In this document: piece after piece, positions 20,074 through 30,920 of the stretch
Numbering within the stretch: position 1 is the first letter of the stretch
Layout: the number at the start of each line of letters is the position of its first letter
NCBI GenBank assembly: GCA_963706595.1
Contig: OY970166.1
Coordinates: 4,960,001 to 5,024,000, forward strand
Source of the DNA: an uncultured cyanobacterium
GTDB lineage: Bacteria > Cyanobacteriota > Cyanobacteriia > Cyanobacteriales > Nostocaceae
DNA: 64,000 nt
Direction of reading: 5' to 3'
Program-made: the position numbers and the translations under genes
The notes under the pieces: model-generated
Seen by the model: only the letters and a program-made list of their open reading frames with translations
The model's database searches: none
What the model was told of the DNA's origin: nothing

Positions 20074-20608
20074 CCTAGTGATGGTTGGTCTTCAGTCACT
20101 GATTAAGTTATTTTGACTTAAACCGTGTATCGGACACCATAGCCCAAAAGGTGAAATGTTTTCTACACGCTTTAACATTTTCTTTTGATGTTTTCAGGTA
20201 ACTTTAAAATAATTAATAATTTTTACAGGTTTTTTCCGTAGCAATGGAAACATGAATAAGAAAATTAGGCATATCAACCTGTAATACCCGCCAAATGCGG
20301 TTAATTGGGTTAAACCATAAGTTTGCTAAATTGTTATCCTTTGTAAATTAAATGGAGAAACTCTTGACTTTTAGCTCAAAAGTTGGAATATAAAAGGCTT
20401 GCAAGGTCATTATTTGAGCTAATTTGAAGCTAATTTGAATTATTGTTAAAATGTATTTAACAATGCACCTGTAATGAGTCTATAATTCAACAGAAACAAA
20501 CTTCCACATAGAGTCTTCATCACTGCTCCAGGAATTTCTGTAGTTTGCGACTAGGTTTAACTTTGTGGTATTTATGATTCCTCATTCCTTACTAAGAGAG
20601 GAGGTCGA

Positions 20609-22867
20609 ATGACGATTAGTCCTCCGGAGCGAGAGGAAAAGAAGGCAAGAGTCATAGTTGATAAAGATCCTGTTCCTACCTCATTTGAAAAATGGGCAAA
20701 GCCAGGACACTTCGACAGATCCTTAGCCAAAGGACCCAAAACCACCACCTGGATTTGGAACCTTCATGCCCTCGCCCATGACTTTGATACACATACAAGC
20801 GATTTAGAAGACATTTCTCGTAAAATCTTCGCGGCACACTTCGGACATTTATCCGTAGTAGCGATTTGGTTAAGCGGGATGTTATTCCACGGCGCTAAAT
20901 TCTCGAATTACGAAGCTTGGTTAAGCGACCCACTAAATGTGAGTCCCAGCGCTCAAGTAGTTTGGCCCATTGTGGGACAAGACATTTTAAATGGTGATGT
21001 CGGCGGTGGATTCCGCGGTATTCAGATCACCTCTGGCTTGTTCCAAGTATGGCGCGGCTGGGGGATCACAAGCTCATTCCAGCTTTACGTCACAGCTATT
21101 GGCGGCTTGGTATTAGCAGGATTGTTCTTATTTGCTGGTTGGTTCCATTACCACAAGCGCGCTCCTAAACTGGAATGGTTCCAGAACGTGGAGTCAATGC
21201 TGAATCATCACTTGGCAGTATTGCTAGGTTGTGGTTCCTTGGGATGGACTGGACACCTAATCCATGTGTCAGCACCAATCAACAAACTCTTGGATGCGGG
21301 TGTAGCTGCTAAAGATATACCTTTGCCCCACGAGTTCATCCTGAACAAAGACTTGTTGACAGATTTGTATCCCAGCTTTGCTAATGGGTTAACACCATTC
21401 TTCACCTTGAATTGGGGTCAGTATGCTGACTTCCTAACCTTCAAGGGCGGTTTGAACCCTGTAACAGGCGGCTTGTGGATGACCGATATTGCCCATCACC
21501 ATTTGGCGATCGCGGTTCTGTTCATCATTGCTGGTCATATGTACCGTACCAACTGGGGTATCGGTCACAGTATTAAAGAAATCCTGGAAAACCATAAAGG
21601 TCCTTTCACAGGAGAAGGTCATAAAGGTTTGTATGAAAACCTGACCACATCCTGGCACGCTCAGTTGGCAACTAACCTTGCTTTCTTGGGTTCACTGACC
21701 ATCATCATTGCTCACCACATGTACGCAATGCCTCCGTATCCTTACTTGGCAACGGATTACGCAACGCAATTGTGTATATTTACCCACCACATGTGGATCG
21801 GTGGCTTCTTGATTGTCGGTGGTGCGGCTCACGCAGCCATATTCATGGTGCGGGATTACGATCCTGTTGTGAACCAAAACAACGTGTTAGATCGTGTGAT
21901 TCGTCACCGGGATGCTATTATTTCCCATCTGAACTGGGTGTGTATTTTCTTAGGCTTCCACAGCTTTGGTTTGTACATCCACAACGATACAATGCGTGCC
22001 TTGGGTCGTCCCCAAGATATGTTCTCCGACTCGGCAATTCAGTTGCAGCCAGTATTTGCTCAGTGGGTGCAAAACCTGCACACCCTAGCTCCTGGTGGTA
22101 CTGCTCCTAATGCTATTGAGCCAGTTAGTTATGCTTTTGGCGGCGGTATTTTGGCTGTCGGTGGCAAAGTGGCAATGATGCCGATTGCTTTGGGTACTGC
22201 GGACTTTTTAGTTCACCATATTCACGCCTTCACCATTCACGTCACCGTCCTGATTCTGCTCAAGGGTGTATTGTACGCCCGTAGTTCTCGTCTGATTCCA
22301 GACAAGGCAAACTTAGGCTTCCGCTTCCCTTGCGACGGTCCAGGCCGTGGCGGTACTTGCCAAGTATCTGGTTGGGACCACGTGTTCCTCGGATTATTCT
22401 GGATGTACAACTCCCTATCGATTGTGATCTTCCACTTCAGTTGGAAAATGCAATCAGATGTCTGGGGAACAGTAGATGCAGCAGGTAATGTGTCTCACAT
22501 TACTGGTGGTAACTTTGCTGAAAGTGCCATCACCATTAATGGCTGGTTGCGTGACTTCTTGTGGGCGCAAGCTTCACAAGTAATCAACTCCTACGGCAGT
22601 GCTTTATCTGCTTATGGTCTACTCTTCTTAGGCGCTCACTTTGTATGGGCATTCAGCTTAATGTTCCTGTTCAGTGGTCGCGGCTACTGGCAAGAACTGA
22701 TTGAGTCCATTGTTTGGGCGCACAATAAGTTGAAAGTAGCACCAGCAATTCAGCCTCGCGCTCTGAGCATCATTCAGGGACGAGCTGTAGGTGTAGCTCA
22801 CTACCTCTTAGGAGGAATTGTGACCACCTGGGCATTCTTCCACGCACACATCCTTTCAGTAGGGTAG
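20609..22867 (+). CDS. psaA: photosystem I P700 apoprotein A1
   Basis: [34 protein letters not shown]. Confidence 0.99.
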   Translation: MTISPPEREEKKARVIVDKDPVPTSFEKWAKPGHFDRSLAKGPKTTTWIWNLHALAHDFDTHTSDLEDISRKIFAAHFGHLSVVAIWLSGMLFHGAKFSNYEAWLSDPLNVSPSAQVVWPIVGQDILNGDVGGGFRGIQITSGLFQVWRGWGITSSFQLYVTAIGGLVLAGLFLFAGWFHYHKRAPKLEWFQNVESMLNHHLAVLLGCGSLGWTGHLIHVSAPINKLLDAGVAAKDIPLPHEFILNKDLLTDLYPSFANGLTPFFTLNWGQYADFLTFKGGLNPVTGGLWMTDIAHHHLAIAVLFIIAGHMYRTNWGIGHSIKEILENHKGPFTGEGHKGLYENLTTSWHAQLATNLAFLGSLTIIIAHHMYAMPPYPYLATDYATQLCIFTHHMWIGGFLIVGGAAHAAIFMVRDYDPVVNQNNVLDRVIRHRDAIISHLNWVCIFLGFHSFGLYIHNDTMRALGRPQDMFSDSAIQLQPVFAQWVQNLHTLAPGGTAPNAIEPVSYAFGGGILAVGGKVAMMPIALGTADFLVHHIHAFTIHVTVLILLKGVLYARSSRLIPDKANLGFRFPCDGPGRGGTCQVSGWDHVFLGLFWMYNSLSIVIFHFSWKMQSDVWGTVDAAGNVSHITGGNFAESAITINGWLRDFLWAQASQVINSYGSALSAYGLLFLGAHFVWAFSLMFLFSGRGYWQELIESIVWAHNKLKVAPAIQPRALSIIQGRAVGVAHYLLGGIVTTWAFFHAHILSVG

Positions 22868-22998
22868 CAATTCACTTCAGAAGGGCTGGGGGCTGGGTGC
22901 TGGGTGCTGAGTAATAAAAGCTCAAAACCTAGTACTCAAAACTCAGAACTTCAAAAGATGACACCTGATGGCTAAAAGTCAGAGGATTTCTCAAACCT

Positions 22999-25230
22999 AT
23001 GGCAACGAAATTTCCAAAATTTAGCCAGGATCTCGCACAGGACCCGACTACTCGTCGGATATGGTATGCGATCGCTACAGGAAACGACTTTGAAAGCCAC
23101 GATGGCATGACTGAAGAAAATCTTTACCAAAAGATTTTCGCCACTCACTTCGGTCACTTGGCAATCATTTTCCTGTGGGCTTCCAGCCTCCTGTTCCACG
23201 TGGCCTGGCAAGGTAACTTTGAACAGTGGATTAAAGATCCCCTTCACATCCGCCCCATCGCCCATGCGATTTGGGACCCCCACTTTGGTGAACCTGCGAT
23301 TGAAGCATTTACCCAAGGTGGCGCTAGCAATCCTGTAAACATTGCTTACTCTGGTGTTTACCACTGGTGGTACACAATCGGGATGCGGACGAACAGCGAA
23401 CTGTATACCGGTTCTGTGTTCCTCCTCTTGTTATCAGCGTTATTCTTATTTGCTGGTTGGTTGCACTTACAACCCAAGTTCCGTCCTAGCCTCTCTTGGT
23501 TTAAGAGTGCTGAACCTCGCCTGAACCATCACTTGTCAGCGTTGTTTGGTGTTAGTTCTTTGGCTTGGGCTGGTCACTTGATTCACGTTGCTATCCCCGA
23601 ATCTCGCGGACAGCACGTTGGTTGGGATAACTTCCTCACCACACTGCCCCACCCAGCAGGTTTGACTCCGTTCTTCACAGGTAACTGGGGAGTTTACGCT
23701 GCTAACCCTGATACTGCTGGCCATATTTTTAGTACATCTCAAGGTTCAGGTACAGCGATTCTGACTTTCTTGGGTGGTTTCCATCCTCAGACAGAATCCT
23801 TGTGGTTGACCGATATGGCTCATCACCACTTGGCGATCGCAGTTATCTTCATTATTGCTGGTCATATGTACCGGACTAACTTTGGAATTGGTCACAGCAT
23901 CAAAGAAATGCTGAATTCCAAATCTGGTTTAGTACCTGGTAGCAAGAGTGAAGGTCAATTCAACCTGCCTCACCAAGGTTTGTACGACACCATTAACAAC
24001 TCGCTGCATTTCCAGTTGTCTCTAGCTTTAGCAGCACTGGGAACCGCCACTTCGTTGGTAGCGCAGCATATGTACGCTCTGCCTCCTTACGCATTCATTG
24101 CTAAGGACTACACAACTCAAGCAGCGCTGTACACTCACCACCAGTATATTGCTGGCTTCTTGATGGTTGGTGCTTTTGCCCACGCCGCCATCTTCTGGGT
24201 ACGTGACTACGACCCCGAACAAAACAAAGGCAACGTACTTGACCGGATATTACAGCACAAAGAAGCGATTATTTCTCACCTCAGCTGGGTATCGCTATTC
24301 TTGGGCTTCCATACCCTCGGTCTGTATGTACACAACGATGTAGTAGTAGCTTTCGGTACTCCTGAAAAGCAAATCTTGATTGAGCCTGTGTTCGCACAAT
24401 TCATTCAAGCTGCTCACGGTAAAGTACTTTACGGTTTAGACACATTGTTGTCTAACCCTGACAGCATCGCCTACACAGCTTATCCTAACTACGGCAACGT
24501 TTGGTTGGGTGGCTGGTTGGATGCCATTAACTCTGGTACCAACTCCCTATTCTTAACAATTGGCCCTGGCGACTTCTTGGTTCACCACGCATTCGCTTTG
24601 GCTATTCACACCACCACCTTGGTACTTGTTAAAGGTGCTTTGGACGCTCGTGGTTCCAAGTTGATGCCCGATAAAAAGGACTTCGGCTATGCGTTCCCTT
24701 GCGACGGTCCAGGCCGTGGCGGTACTTGCGACATCTCAGCTTGGGACTCTTTCTACCTAGCGATGTTCTGGATGTTGAACACCATTGGTTGGGTAACTTT
24801 CTACTGGCACTGGAAACATCTAGGTATTTGGCAAGGTAACGTTGCTCAGTTTAACGAAAACTCTACATATCTCATGGGCTGGTTCCGTGACTACCTCTGG
24901 GCTAACTCGGCTCAGTTGATTAACGGATACAATCCTTACGGCGTGAATAACCTGTCTGTTTGGGCTTGGATGTTCCTATTTGGACACCTTGTTTGGGCAA
25001 CTGGTTTCATGTTCCTGATTTCTTGGAGAGGTTACTGGCAAGAGTTGATTGAAACCCTTGTTTGGGCGCACGAGCGTACTCCTCTAGCTAACTTGGTTCG
25101 CTGGAAAGACAAGCCCGTTGCTCTGTCTATCGTTCAAGCTCGTTTGGTAGGTCTAGCCCACTTCACTGTCGGCTACGTTGTTACCTACGCGGCGTTCTTG
25201 ATTGCCTCCACTGCTGGTAAGTTCGGTTAA
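22999..25230 (+). CDS. psaB: photosystem I P700 apoprotein A2
   Basis: [35 protein letters not shown]. Confidence 0.99.
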   Translation: MATKFPKFSQDLAQDPTTRRIWYAIATGNDFESHDGMTEENLYQKIFATHFGHLAIIFLWASSLLFHVAWQGNFEQWIKDPLHIRPIAHAIWDPHFGEPAIEAFTQGGASNPVNIAYSGVYHWWYTIGMRTNSELYTGSVFLLLLSALFLFAGWLHLQPKFRPSLSWFKSAEPRLNHHLSALFGVSSLAWAGHLIHVAIPESRGQHVGWDNFLTTLPHPAGLTPFFTGNWGVYAANPDTAGHIFSTSQGSGTAILTFLGGFHPQTESLWLTDMAHHHLAIAVIFIIAGHMYRTNFGIGHSIKEMLNSKSGLVPGSKSEGQFNLPHQGLYDTINNSLHFQLSLALAALGTATSLVAQHMYALPPYAFIAKDYTTQAALYTHHQYIAGFLMVGAFAHAAIFWVRDYDPEQNKGNVLDRILQHKEAIISHLSWVSLFLGFHTLGLYVHNDVVVAFGTPEKQILIEPVFAQFIQAAHGKVLYGLDTLLSNPDSIAYTAYPNYGNVWLGGWLDAINSGTNSLFLTIGPGDFLVHHAFALAIHTTTLVLVKGALDARGSKLMPDKKDFGYAFPCDGPGRGGTCDISAWDSFYLAMFWMLNTIGWVTFYWHWKHLGIWQGNVAQFNENSTYLMGWFRDYLWANSAQLINGYNPYGVNNLSVWAWMFLFGHLVWATGFMFLISWRGYWQELIETLVWAHERTPLANLVRWKDKPVALSIVQARLVGLAHFTVGYVVTYAAFLIASTAGKFG

Positions 25231-25259
25231 TTCGGCTGCTAGTTTTGTAGGTAAATAAT

Positions 25260-25291
25260 AAAAGTCCCCTGCCGGAAGGTGGGGGATTTTT
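25260..25291 (+). terminator. intrinsic terminator of psaAB
   Basis: aaaagtcccctgcc-ggaa-ggtgggggattttt. Confidence 0.8.
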
Positions 25292-25341
25292 ATGTCTACT
25301 CTATACGTCCTACAATGAAATTAAATTCAAGTAGCCGCAAT

Positions 25342-25665
25342 ATGGAAAAACTACAAACCTCCTCTAGACAAGTAGAAATAGAACCCACTTTCGCAGCACT
25401 TGCCAACCAATGGCGTGAAGAAAATCGTGGTGTATCATCAACTAACCAAATGTGTATGCACCCTGCCTATCAACAAATTATAGGAATGGGTGAACCTATA
25501 ATACCTTTACTACTGAGAGAATTAGAGAAAAAATCTGGACGCTGGTTTTGGGCATTAAAATCTATTTCTAGAGAAGATCCTGTACCTCCAGAATACAGAG
25601 GAAATACAAAAGAAATGACTAAAGCATGGCTTGAATGGGGAAAGCAAAGGGGCTATACTTGGTAA
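25342..25665 (+). CDS. small helical hypothetical protein (HPAYQQIIGMG motif)
   Basis: About 107 aa from MEKLQ; HPAYQQIIGMG...WFWAL..I...DPV...W..W pattern. Its stop overlaps the start of the next gene. Confidence 0.75.
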   Translation: MEKLQTSSRQVEIEPTFAALANQWREENRGVSSTNQMCMHPAYQQIIGMGEPIIPLLLRELEKKSGRWFWALKSISREDPVPPEYRGNTKEMTKAWLEWGKQRGYTW

Positions 25666-26132
25666 ATAATAATGCTTGGGCTAACTATGTAAAAAAATTT
25701 ATTGAGCGTGATTTTCCCAATCTAGTTACCCAGGGATACAAACTCACAAGTCCAGATACTATTGACTATAACTGTGTGGCTTGGGCAGCAGAAGATGATG
25801 AAAATTGGTGGTGGCCAGATGCTCAAAACGAAGAATATTGGCCGCCAGGTGTCCCCAGAGAAGAAACTCTTGATGCTTTTCAGCAAGCATTTCAAACACT
25901 TGGTTATGAAATCTGTGAAGATGATGCCTTAGAAACAGGATTTCAGAAAATAGCAATATACGTTAATTCCAGCACAATACCAACTCATGTTGCTAGACAA
26001 TTACCTGATGGTAACTGGACAAGTAAGTTGGGTCAAGATGAAGATATAGAGCATAATAATTTACAAGGATTAACAGGCAATCCTGGTTATGGTGAGGTTG
26101 CCTGTATTATGAAAAAACCTATTAAAGTGTAA
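25659..26132 (+). CDS. putative papain-fold Cys/His enzyme (DUF7689-like)
   Basis: YNCVAWA ... THVARQ ... WTSKLG. Likely TTG start at 25659 after AAGGGG, overlapping the upstream TAA. Confidence 0.7.
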   Translation: MVNNNAWANYVKKFIERDFPNLVTQGYKLTSPDTIDYNCVAWAAEDDENWWWPDAQNEEYWPPGVPREETLDAFQQAFQTLGYEICEDDALETGFQKIAIYVNSSTIPTHVARQLPDGNWTSKLGQDEDIEHNNLQGLTGNPGYGEVACIMKKPIKV

Positions 26133-26167
26133 AAAATCTTCAGCACCAATACATTAATCTTACTTAG

Positions 26168-26413
<246 letters not shown>

Positions 26414-26423
26414 CAAAAAATTT

Positions 26424-28208
26424 ATGAATGAAAACACAAACAAAGCAAGTTCTGGAGTGAATAGAGAAGAAGCCAAAAGTATCCTCAATCGATTTTTATA
26501 TAATAAAGATTATAAGGTTTTAGCTGTCAAGGGTAAATGGGGTGTTGGAAAAACACATTTAGTACAGAAATTTTTAGATGAACATAAAAAAGAGTATTAT
26601 TCTTATGCTTCTGTTTTTGGCATTTCTTCAATTGAACACCTGAAATCACGGTTAATAGCCAGTTATAAAGGTAAAGAAAATAAAAAATTATTCGATAAGA
26701 GTATATCTAGTTTCGTTGAATTCTCTAATCGTAATTCTGGGAAATTAGAAAAAACTCCAAAAATAGACTTACCATTCTCAGAACAATTATCCATACCAAT
26801 AGCAGGCTCATTAATTTCTGTAGCTGGTGACCTAGCACTCAACATACTTTTTAATGTAAATGTAAAAAATTCTCTTGTGTGCATTGATGATCTTGAAAGA
26901 AAATCTAAACTGCCGTTAGATGAATTACTTGGGTTTGTTGAGTATCTAGTTCAAGAATTAGAATGTCAAATTATTTTAATTTATAATGAAGATATTCTCT
27001 TAAAACATCCAAACTCAAAAGATGCAGATGCTTTACAACAATATCGAGAAAAAGTAATTGATATAGAATTTAAACTTGATCCTACAGTAGAAGAAAATTT
27101 AAATTTCATATTTAAACATCATCCTGATATAGAAGTAATTAAAGAAGTATTTATAAGGGCTGCGGCCAATAATATTAGAGTTATACGCAAAACTAAATGG
27201 CTGATTGATGAGCTTATTCCTTTAATGGAGAATTGGGAGCCTAGTTTACGTAATCAAATTATCAAAAATACTATTATTATTAATTTAGCAAAACTAGATA
27301 CTGACTTTCCTGAACGGTTCTCTATTAATGATCTAAATCCAAACCCTATTGATACTATATTATCATGTTCCAGCAGCGCTCAAGAACTTTATGACAAACG
27401 CAAAGATAATGAAACTGCTAACAAGAGATTCGCATTTTGTCAAAAAATAGCATATATTGGTTATAGACATCTAGAACAAATAAATGAACTTATAATTCAG
27501 TATCTTAAAACCTCTTTACTGAAATGTGATGAACTCCTTGAAAAAGGTGAGATTCTCAATCAAAGAGAAAAGAAAAAACAAATTATTGAAAAATTGGATA
27601 AGTTTTCCAATGATCTTTATAAATCAAAATACCATAGTTCATTTGCAGATAATGAAGAAGATATTATTGATGGAATTAATACTTTCCTCGAACAGAATCA
27701 TCTTGATTTGAGTATTTCCGAATTTGAAAGCCTTGAAAAATTTACATCAATTTTGGAAGTTGATATTTCTATCTATGAAAAGCCTTTATTAGAAAAAATA
27801 ATAACAGAAATTTTTGAATCGAATCCCTATAATAATTTAAGTGCCTTTAGAGATAAATTGAGTAAATATCCTGATTTGAAAGCATCTCTAGACAATAAAA
27901 TCAATGAATATCGCCAAACATTCGATATTACTACTGTTGTGAAAAATTTAATGAATGCTGATTCCCGTTTAATATCACCTGGACTAGAACTAGATACTGA
28001 ATTGTTAAATGAATATACTCTTGATGAATATTGTCAATGGCTTGAAAAAGGTCATCCCGATTTATGTGACATGGTTCGGTGGTTTCTAGATTCCGGGTAT
28101 AACCCTGCATCAAAAAAGCTAGAAAAAGCTATTCGGATGTTAGCTGAATGTAGTATTTTAAATAAAGTTAGAGCTAAGTATCTTTACAAGATAGATATAG
28201 ATAAGTAG
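26424..28208 (+). CDS. KAP-family P-loop NTPase
   Basis: Walker A GKWGVGKT, Walker B CIDDLERK, YREKVID, NNIR; very AT-rich. Confidence 0.85.
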   Translation: MNENTNKASSGVNREEAKSILNRFLYNKDYKVLAVKGKWGVGKTHLVQKFLDEHKKEYYSYASVFGISSIEHLKSRLIASYKGKENKKLFDKSISSFVEFSNRNSGKLEKTPKIDLPFSEQLSIPIAGSLISVAGDLALNILFNVNVKNSLVCIDDLERKSKLPLDELLGFVEYLVQELECQIILIYNEDILLKHPNSKDADALQQYREKVIDIEFKLDPTVEENLNFIFKHHPDIEVIKEVFIRAAANNIRVIRKTKWLIDELIPLMENWEPSLRNQIIKNTIIINLAKLDTDFPERFSINDLNPNPIDTILSCSSSAQELYDKRKDNETANKRFAFCQKIAYIGYRHLEQINELIIQYLKTSLLKCDELLEKGEILNQREKKKQIIEKLDKFSNDLYKSKYHSSFADNEEDIIDGINTFLEQNHLDLSISEFESLEKFTSILEVDISIYEKPLLEKIITEIFESNPYNNLSAFRDKLSKYPDLKASLDNKINEYRQTFDITTVVKNLMNADSRLISPGLELDTELLNEYTLDEYCQWLEKGHPDLCDMVRWFLDSGYNPASKKLEKAIRMLAECSILNKVRAKYLYKIDIDK

Positions 28209-28230
28209 CTCAAACTTAAAAAACGTAATA

Positions 28231-28266
28231 CCCAGATCCCCGACTTCTCTAAGAAGTCGGGGATCT
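28231..28266. repeat. palindromic dispersed repeat CCCAGATCCCCGACTTCT..AGAAGTCGGGGATCT; relative at about 56332-56366
   Basis: Perfect inverted repeat; may also act as a terminator. Confidence 0.75.
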
Positions 28267-28445
28267 ATATCGTCAAGGTTTTATGTTTAATTATGTTGAC
28301 CTACTTATTCCTTCTAATACTAGTAATGCCAGTTAATTCTTAATAACTCACTGTATTTAAATTGCATTACTGGGGCGGGCAAGATGCCCACCCCAGAAGA
28401 GTTTGGTGAAATTTGGATGATTGAGAATAATGTCAGATATCAGAG

Positions 28446-29687
28446 TTATTCGGGGATTAAAAATTTGGCTACGGTTTGTACATCTTTATCACCGCGTCCA
28501 GAACAGTTGAGGACAATTCGCGGACTACCACTCAGTTGAGGACATAGGGTTTCTAGATAAGCGATCGCATGAGCAGTTTCCAAAGCTGGTATAATTCCCT
28601 CTAGGCGAGATAGTTGCTGGAACGCTGCTAAAGCCTCTGCATCAGTCACACTATAATATTCAGCCCTTCCCATATCCTTCAAATAGCTATGTTCTGGCCC
28701 CACCCCAGGATAATCTAAACCTGCACTAATGGAGTGCGCTTCAATGATTTGCCCTTCTTCATCTTGCAACAAATAGCTCATTGCTCCATGCAATACACCA
28801 ATTTGTCCTTTTGTCAAGGTAGCAGCGTGTTTTTCTGTATTTACACCTTCGCCGGCAGCTTCCACCCCAATTAACCGGATAGAAGACTCATTCACAAACT
28901 CGTGGAATAATCCCATCGCGTTGGAACCACCACCCACACAAGCTATGAGAATATCAGGTAAACCGCCCCACTTTTCCATTGCTTGAACGCGAGTTTCTAC
29001 ACCAATCACAGCATGAAAATCCCGTACCATCATCGGGTAAGGATGGGGGCCAGCTACTGAACCCAAAATGTAGTGAGTTGTTTCCACATTCGTTACCCAA
29101 TCACGGATAGCCTCAGAAGTCGCATCTTTGAGGGTTCCGGTTCCCGCTTCTACTGGACGAACTTCAGCCCCCATGAGTCGCATTCTGAATACATTCAAGG
29201 CTTGACGTTCCATATCGTGAACGCCCATGTAAATCACACATTCCAGCCCAAACCGAGCGCAAACCGTCGCTGTTGCTACTCCATGCTGTCCTGCGCCTGT
29301 TTCGGCAATTACTCTTTTCTTACCCATACGCCGCGCCAACAATACCTGACCCAAGGCATTATTAATTTTGTGCGCGCCTGTGTGATTTAAGTCTTCACGC
29401 TTTAAGTAAATTTGCGCTCCTGTACCATCTGGGCGGGCATAATGAGCAGTGAGGCGTTCGGCAAAATACAATGGTGTAGCGCGTCCAACATAATCTCGCA
29501 GTAAATCTTGTAATTCTGCTTGAAAACTTGGGTCATGGCGATATTGCTGATAAGCTGTTTCTAATTCGGCTAAAGCCGGCATCAGTGTTTCCGGGACGTA
29601 CTTACCGCCAAAGCGTCCAAAGCGTCCAAGGATGTCGGGAACCTGAGTGTTTGATAGGGAACTGGGGGAGAGGGGTGTAGTAGTCAC
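28446..29687 (-). CDS. trpB: tryptophan synthase beta chain
   Basis: [34 protein letters not shown]. Confidence 0.98.
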   Translation of the reverse strand: MTTTPLSPSSLSNTQVPDILGRFGRFGGKYVPETLMPALAELETAYQQYRHDPSFQAELQDLLRDYVGRATPLYFAERLTAHYARPDGTGAQIYLKREDLNHTGAHKINNALGQVLLARRMGKKRVIAETGAGQHGVATATVCARFGLECVIYMGVHDMERQALNVFRMRLMGAEVRPVEAGTGTLKDATSEAIRDWVTNVETTHYILGSVAGPHPYPMMVRDFHAVIGVETRVQAMEKWGGLPDILIACVGGGSNAMGLFHEFVNESSIRLIGVEAAGEGVNTEKHAATLTKGQIGVLHGAMSYLLQDEEGQIIEAHSISAGLDYPGVGPEHSYLKDMGRAEYYSVTDAEALAAFQQLSRLEGIIPALETAHAIAYLETLCPQLSGSPRIVLNCSGRGDKDVQTVAKFLIPE

Positions 29688-29750
29688 GGAAAGTTTTTGA
29701 TGACAGGTCGGATTTAATTATTATAAAAGCATTGTGGGATTGCAAGTACC

Positions 29751-29905
29751 CAGCCCTGGCGATTAGAAATCGCGGCTATACATACATGACGCGGAGCGTC
29801 TTCCCGAAGGGAAGTCCGCCTGCGCGGACTAAGGTCAAAGCAAGGTTTTAAACCCGCGTAGGCGGGTTTCGCCTGTGTAGCCGCGACTTCCAGTCGCCTG
29901 GTGCT
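29751..29905. repeat. MITE-like dispersed repeat with nested hairpins
   Basis: ggcgattagaaatcgcggctatac pairs with gtgtagccgcgacttccagtcgcc; internal hairpins; truncated relative at about 48971-49003. Confidence 0.75.
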
Positions 29906-29939
29906 AAGACACAATCACTTTTTCTTAATCAAACATTTT

Positions 29940-30281
29940 ATGTCTTCTGATAAATCTTCTAACAAACGCTTTGTTTACCGTGAATTTGGTAATGATAACT
30001 CTGCGGCTACCCAAAGAGGGGTTCCGGAATTACCTCCGCAGCAACAAAACCTGAAGGTGGAGGCTTCGCGCAAAGGACGCAAGGGTAAAACTGTGACTGT
30101 GATTAGCGGTTTCCAAACTAAGCCAGAAACTTTGGCTGATTTAGTTAAACAGTTGAAAAGTCAATGCGGTTCTGGTGGGACTGTGAAAGATAATGAAATT
30201 GAAATTCAGGGCGAGCATAAACAGAAAATTTTGGATATTTTGACTAAGTTAGGTTACAAAGCCAAAATTAGCGGGGGTTGA
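29940..30281 (+). CDS. yciH: translation initiation factor SUI1/YciH family
   Basis: RKGRKGKTVTVI, CGSGGTVKDNEIEIQGEH. Confidence 0.92.
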   Translation: MSSDKSSNKRFVYREFGNDNSAATQRGVPELPPQQQNLKVEASRKGRKGKTVTVISGFQTKPETLADLVKQLKSQCGSGGTVKDNEIEIQGEHKQKILDILTKLGYKAKISGG

Positions 30282-30478
30282 TGGGTACGGTTTACAACAC
30301 TTGAATGTGGGATTAATTTAATAAGCTGATGTTATTGTGGGAATTACGAACCGCCAAGATGCCAAGAGCGCCAAGATAAAAAAGATGAATTTTTTACTAG
30401 CAATTTAGGAATGCTGTATGGTGGTGGTGAAATAATAAGTTAATCGGTTGATTTTTTGGAGTTTTATAGGAGGTTAAT

Positions 30479-30637
30479 ATGGATTTAGTTCGGATTGTGT
30501 GTGCTGTTTTACTTCCACCTCTGGGAGTATTTTTGCAAGTGGGTTTTGGTATGGATTTTTGGATTAATATTCTGTTGACATTGTTCGGTTATATTCCCGG
30601 AATAATTCACGCCATTTGGATAATTGCCAAGAAATAA
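30479..30637 (+). CDS. YqaE/Pmp3 family membrane protein (52 aa, not in the ORF track)
   Basis: MDLVRIVCAVLLPPLGVFLQVGFGMDFWINILLTLFGYIPGIIHAIWIIAKK; AGGAGG RBS. Confidence 0.93.
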   Translation: MDLVRIVCAVLLPPLGVFLQVGFGMDFWINILLTLFGYIPGIIHAIWIIAKK

Positions 30638-30920
30638 TGGTTTGGAGAGGTGGGTGTGTCAGCCTATCTCTCCCTATTTACTATTGAATTAAATCTGAAG
30701 CAGGTAAAAATTTCCGGCAAAGCTACAAATATTGTGACATGGTTGGCAACTAAAGCTCTGTCTCCCTACTCTCAACAAAAACGGGCGATAATACTACTCT
30801 CTGAAGACGTGAAGACCGATCCTGGTATTTCTGTCTCTGTTCCTACAATAACCATATATAAACAAAACAGGCTCTTGTTCTCTGTGCGCCTCATATTTGG
30901 AGTGGTTTATCGAAAAGCCT

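Noticed and set aside
20609..25230. Far-red or alternative psaAB paralogue
   Set aside because: Sequences look canonical and no FaRLiP genes (rfpABC, apc or psb paralogues) are nearby
29714..29914. 66-aa ORF
   Set aside because: Translation of a palindromic dispersed repeat
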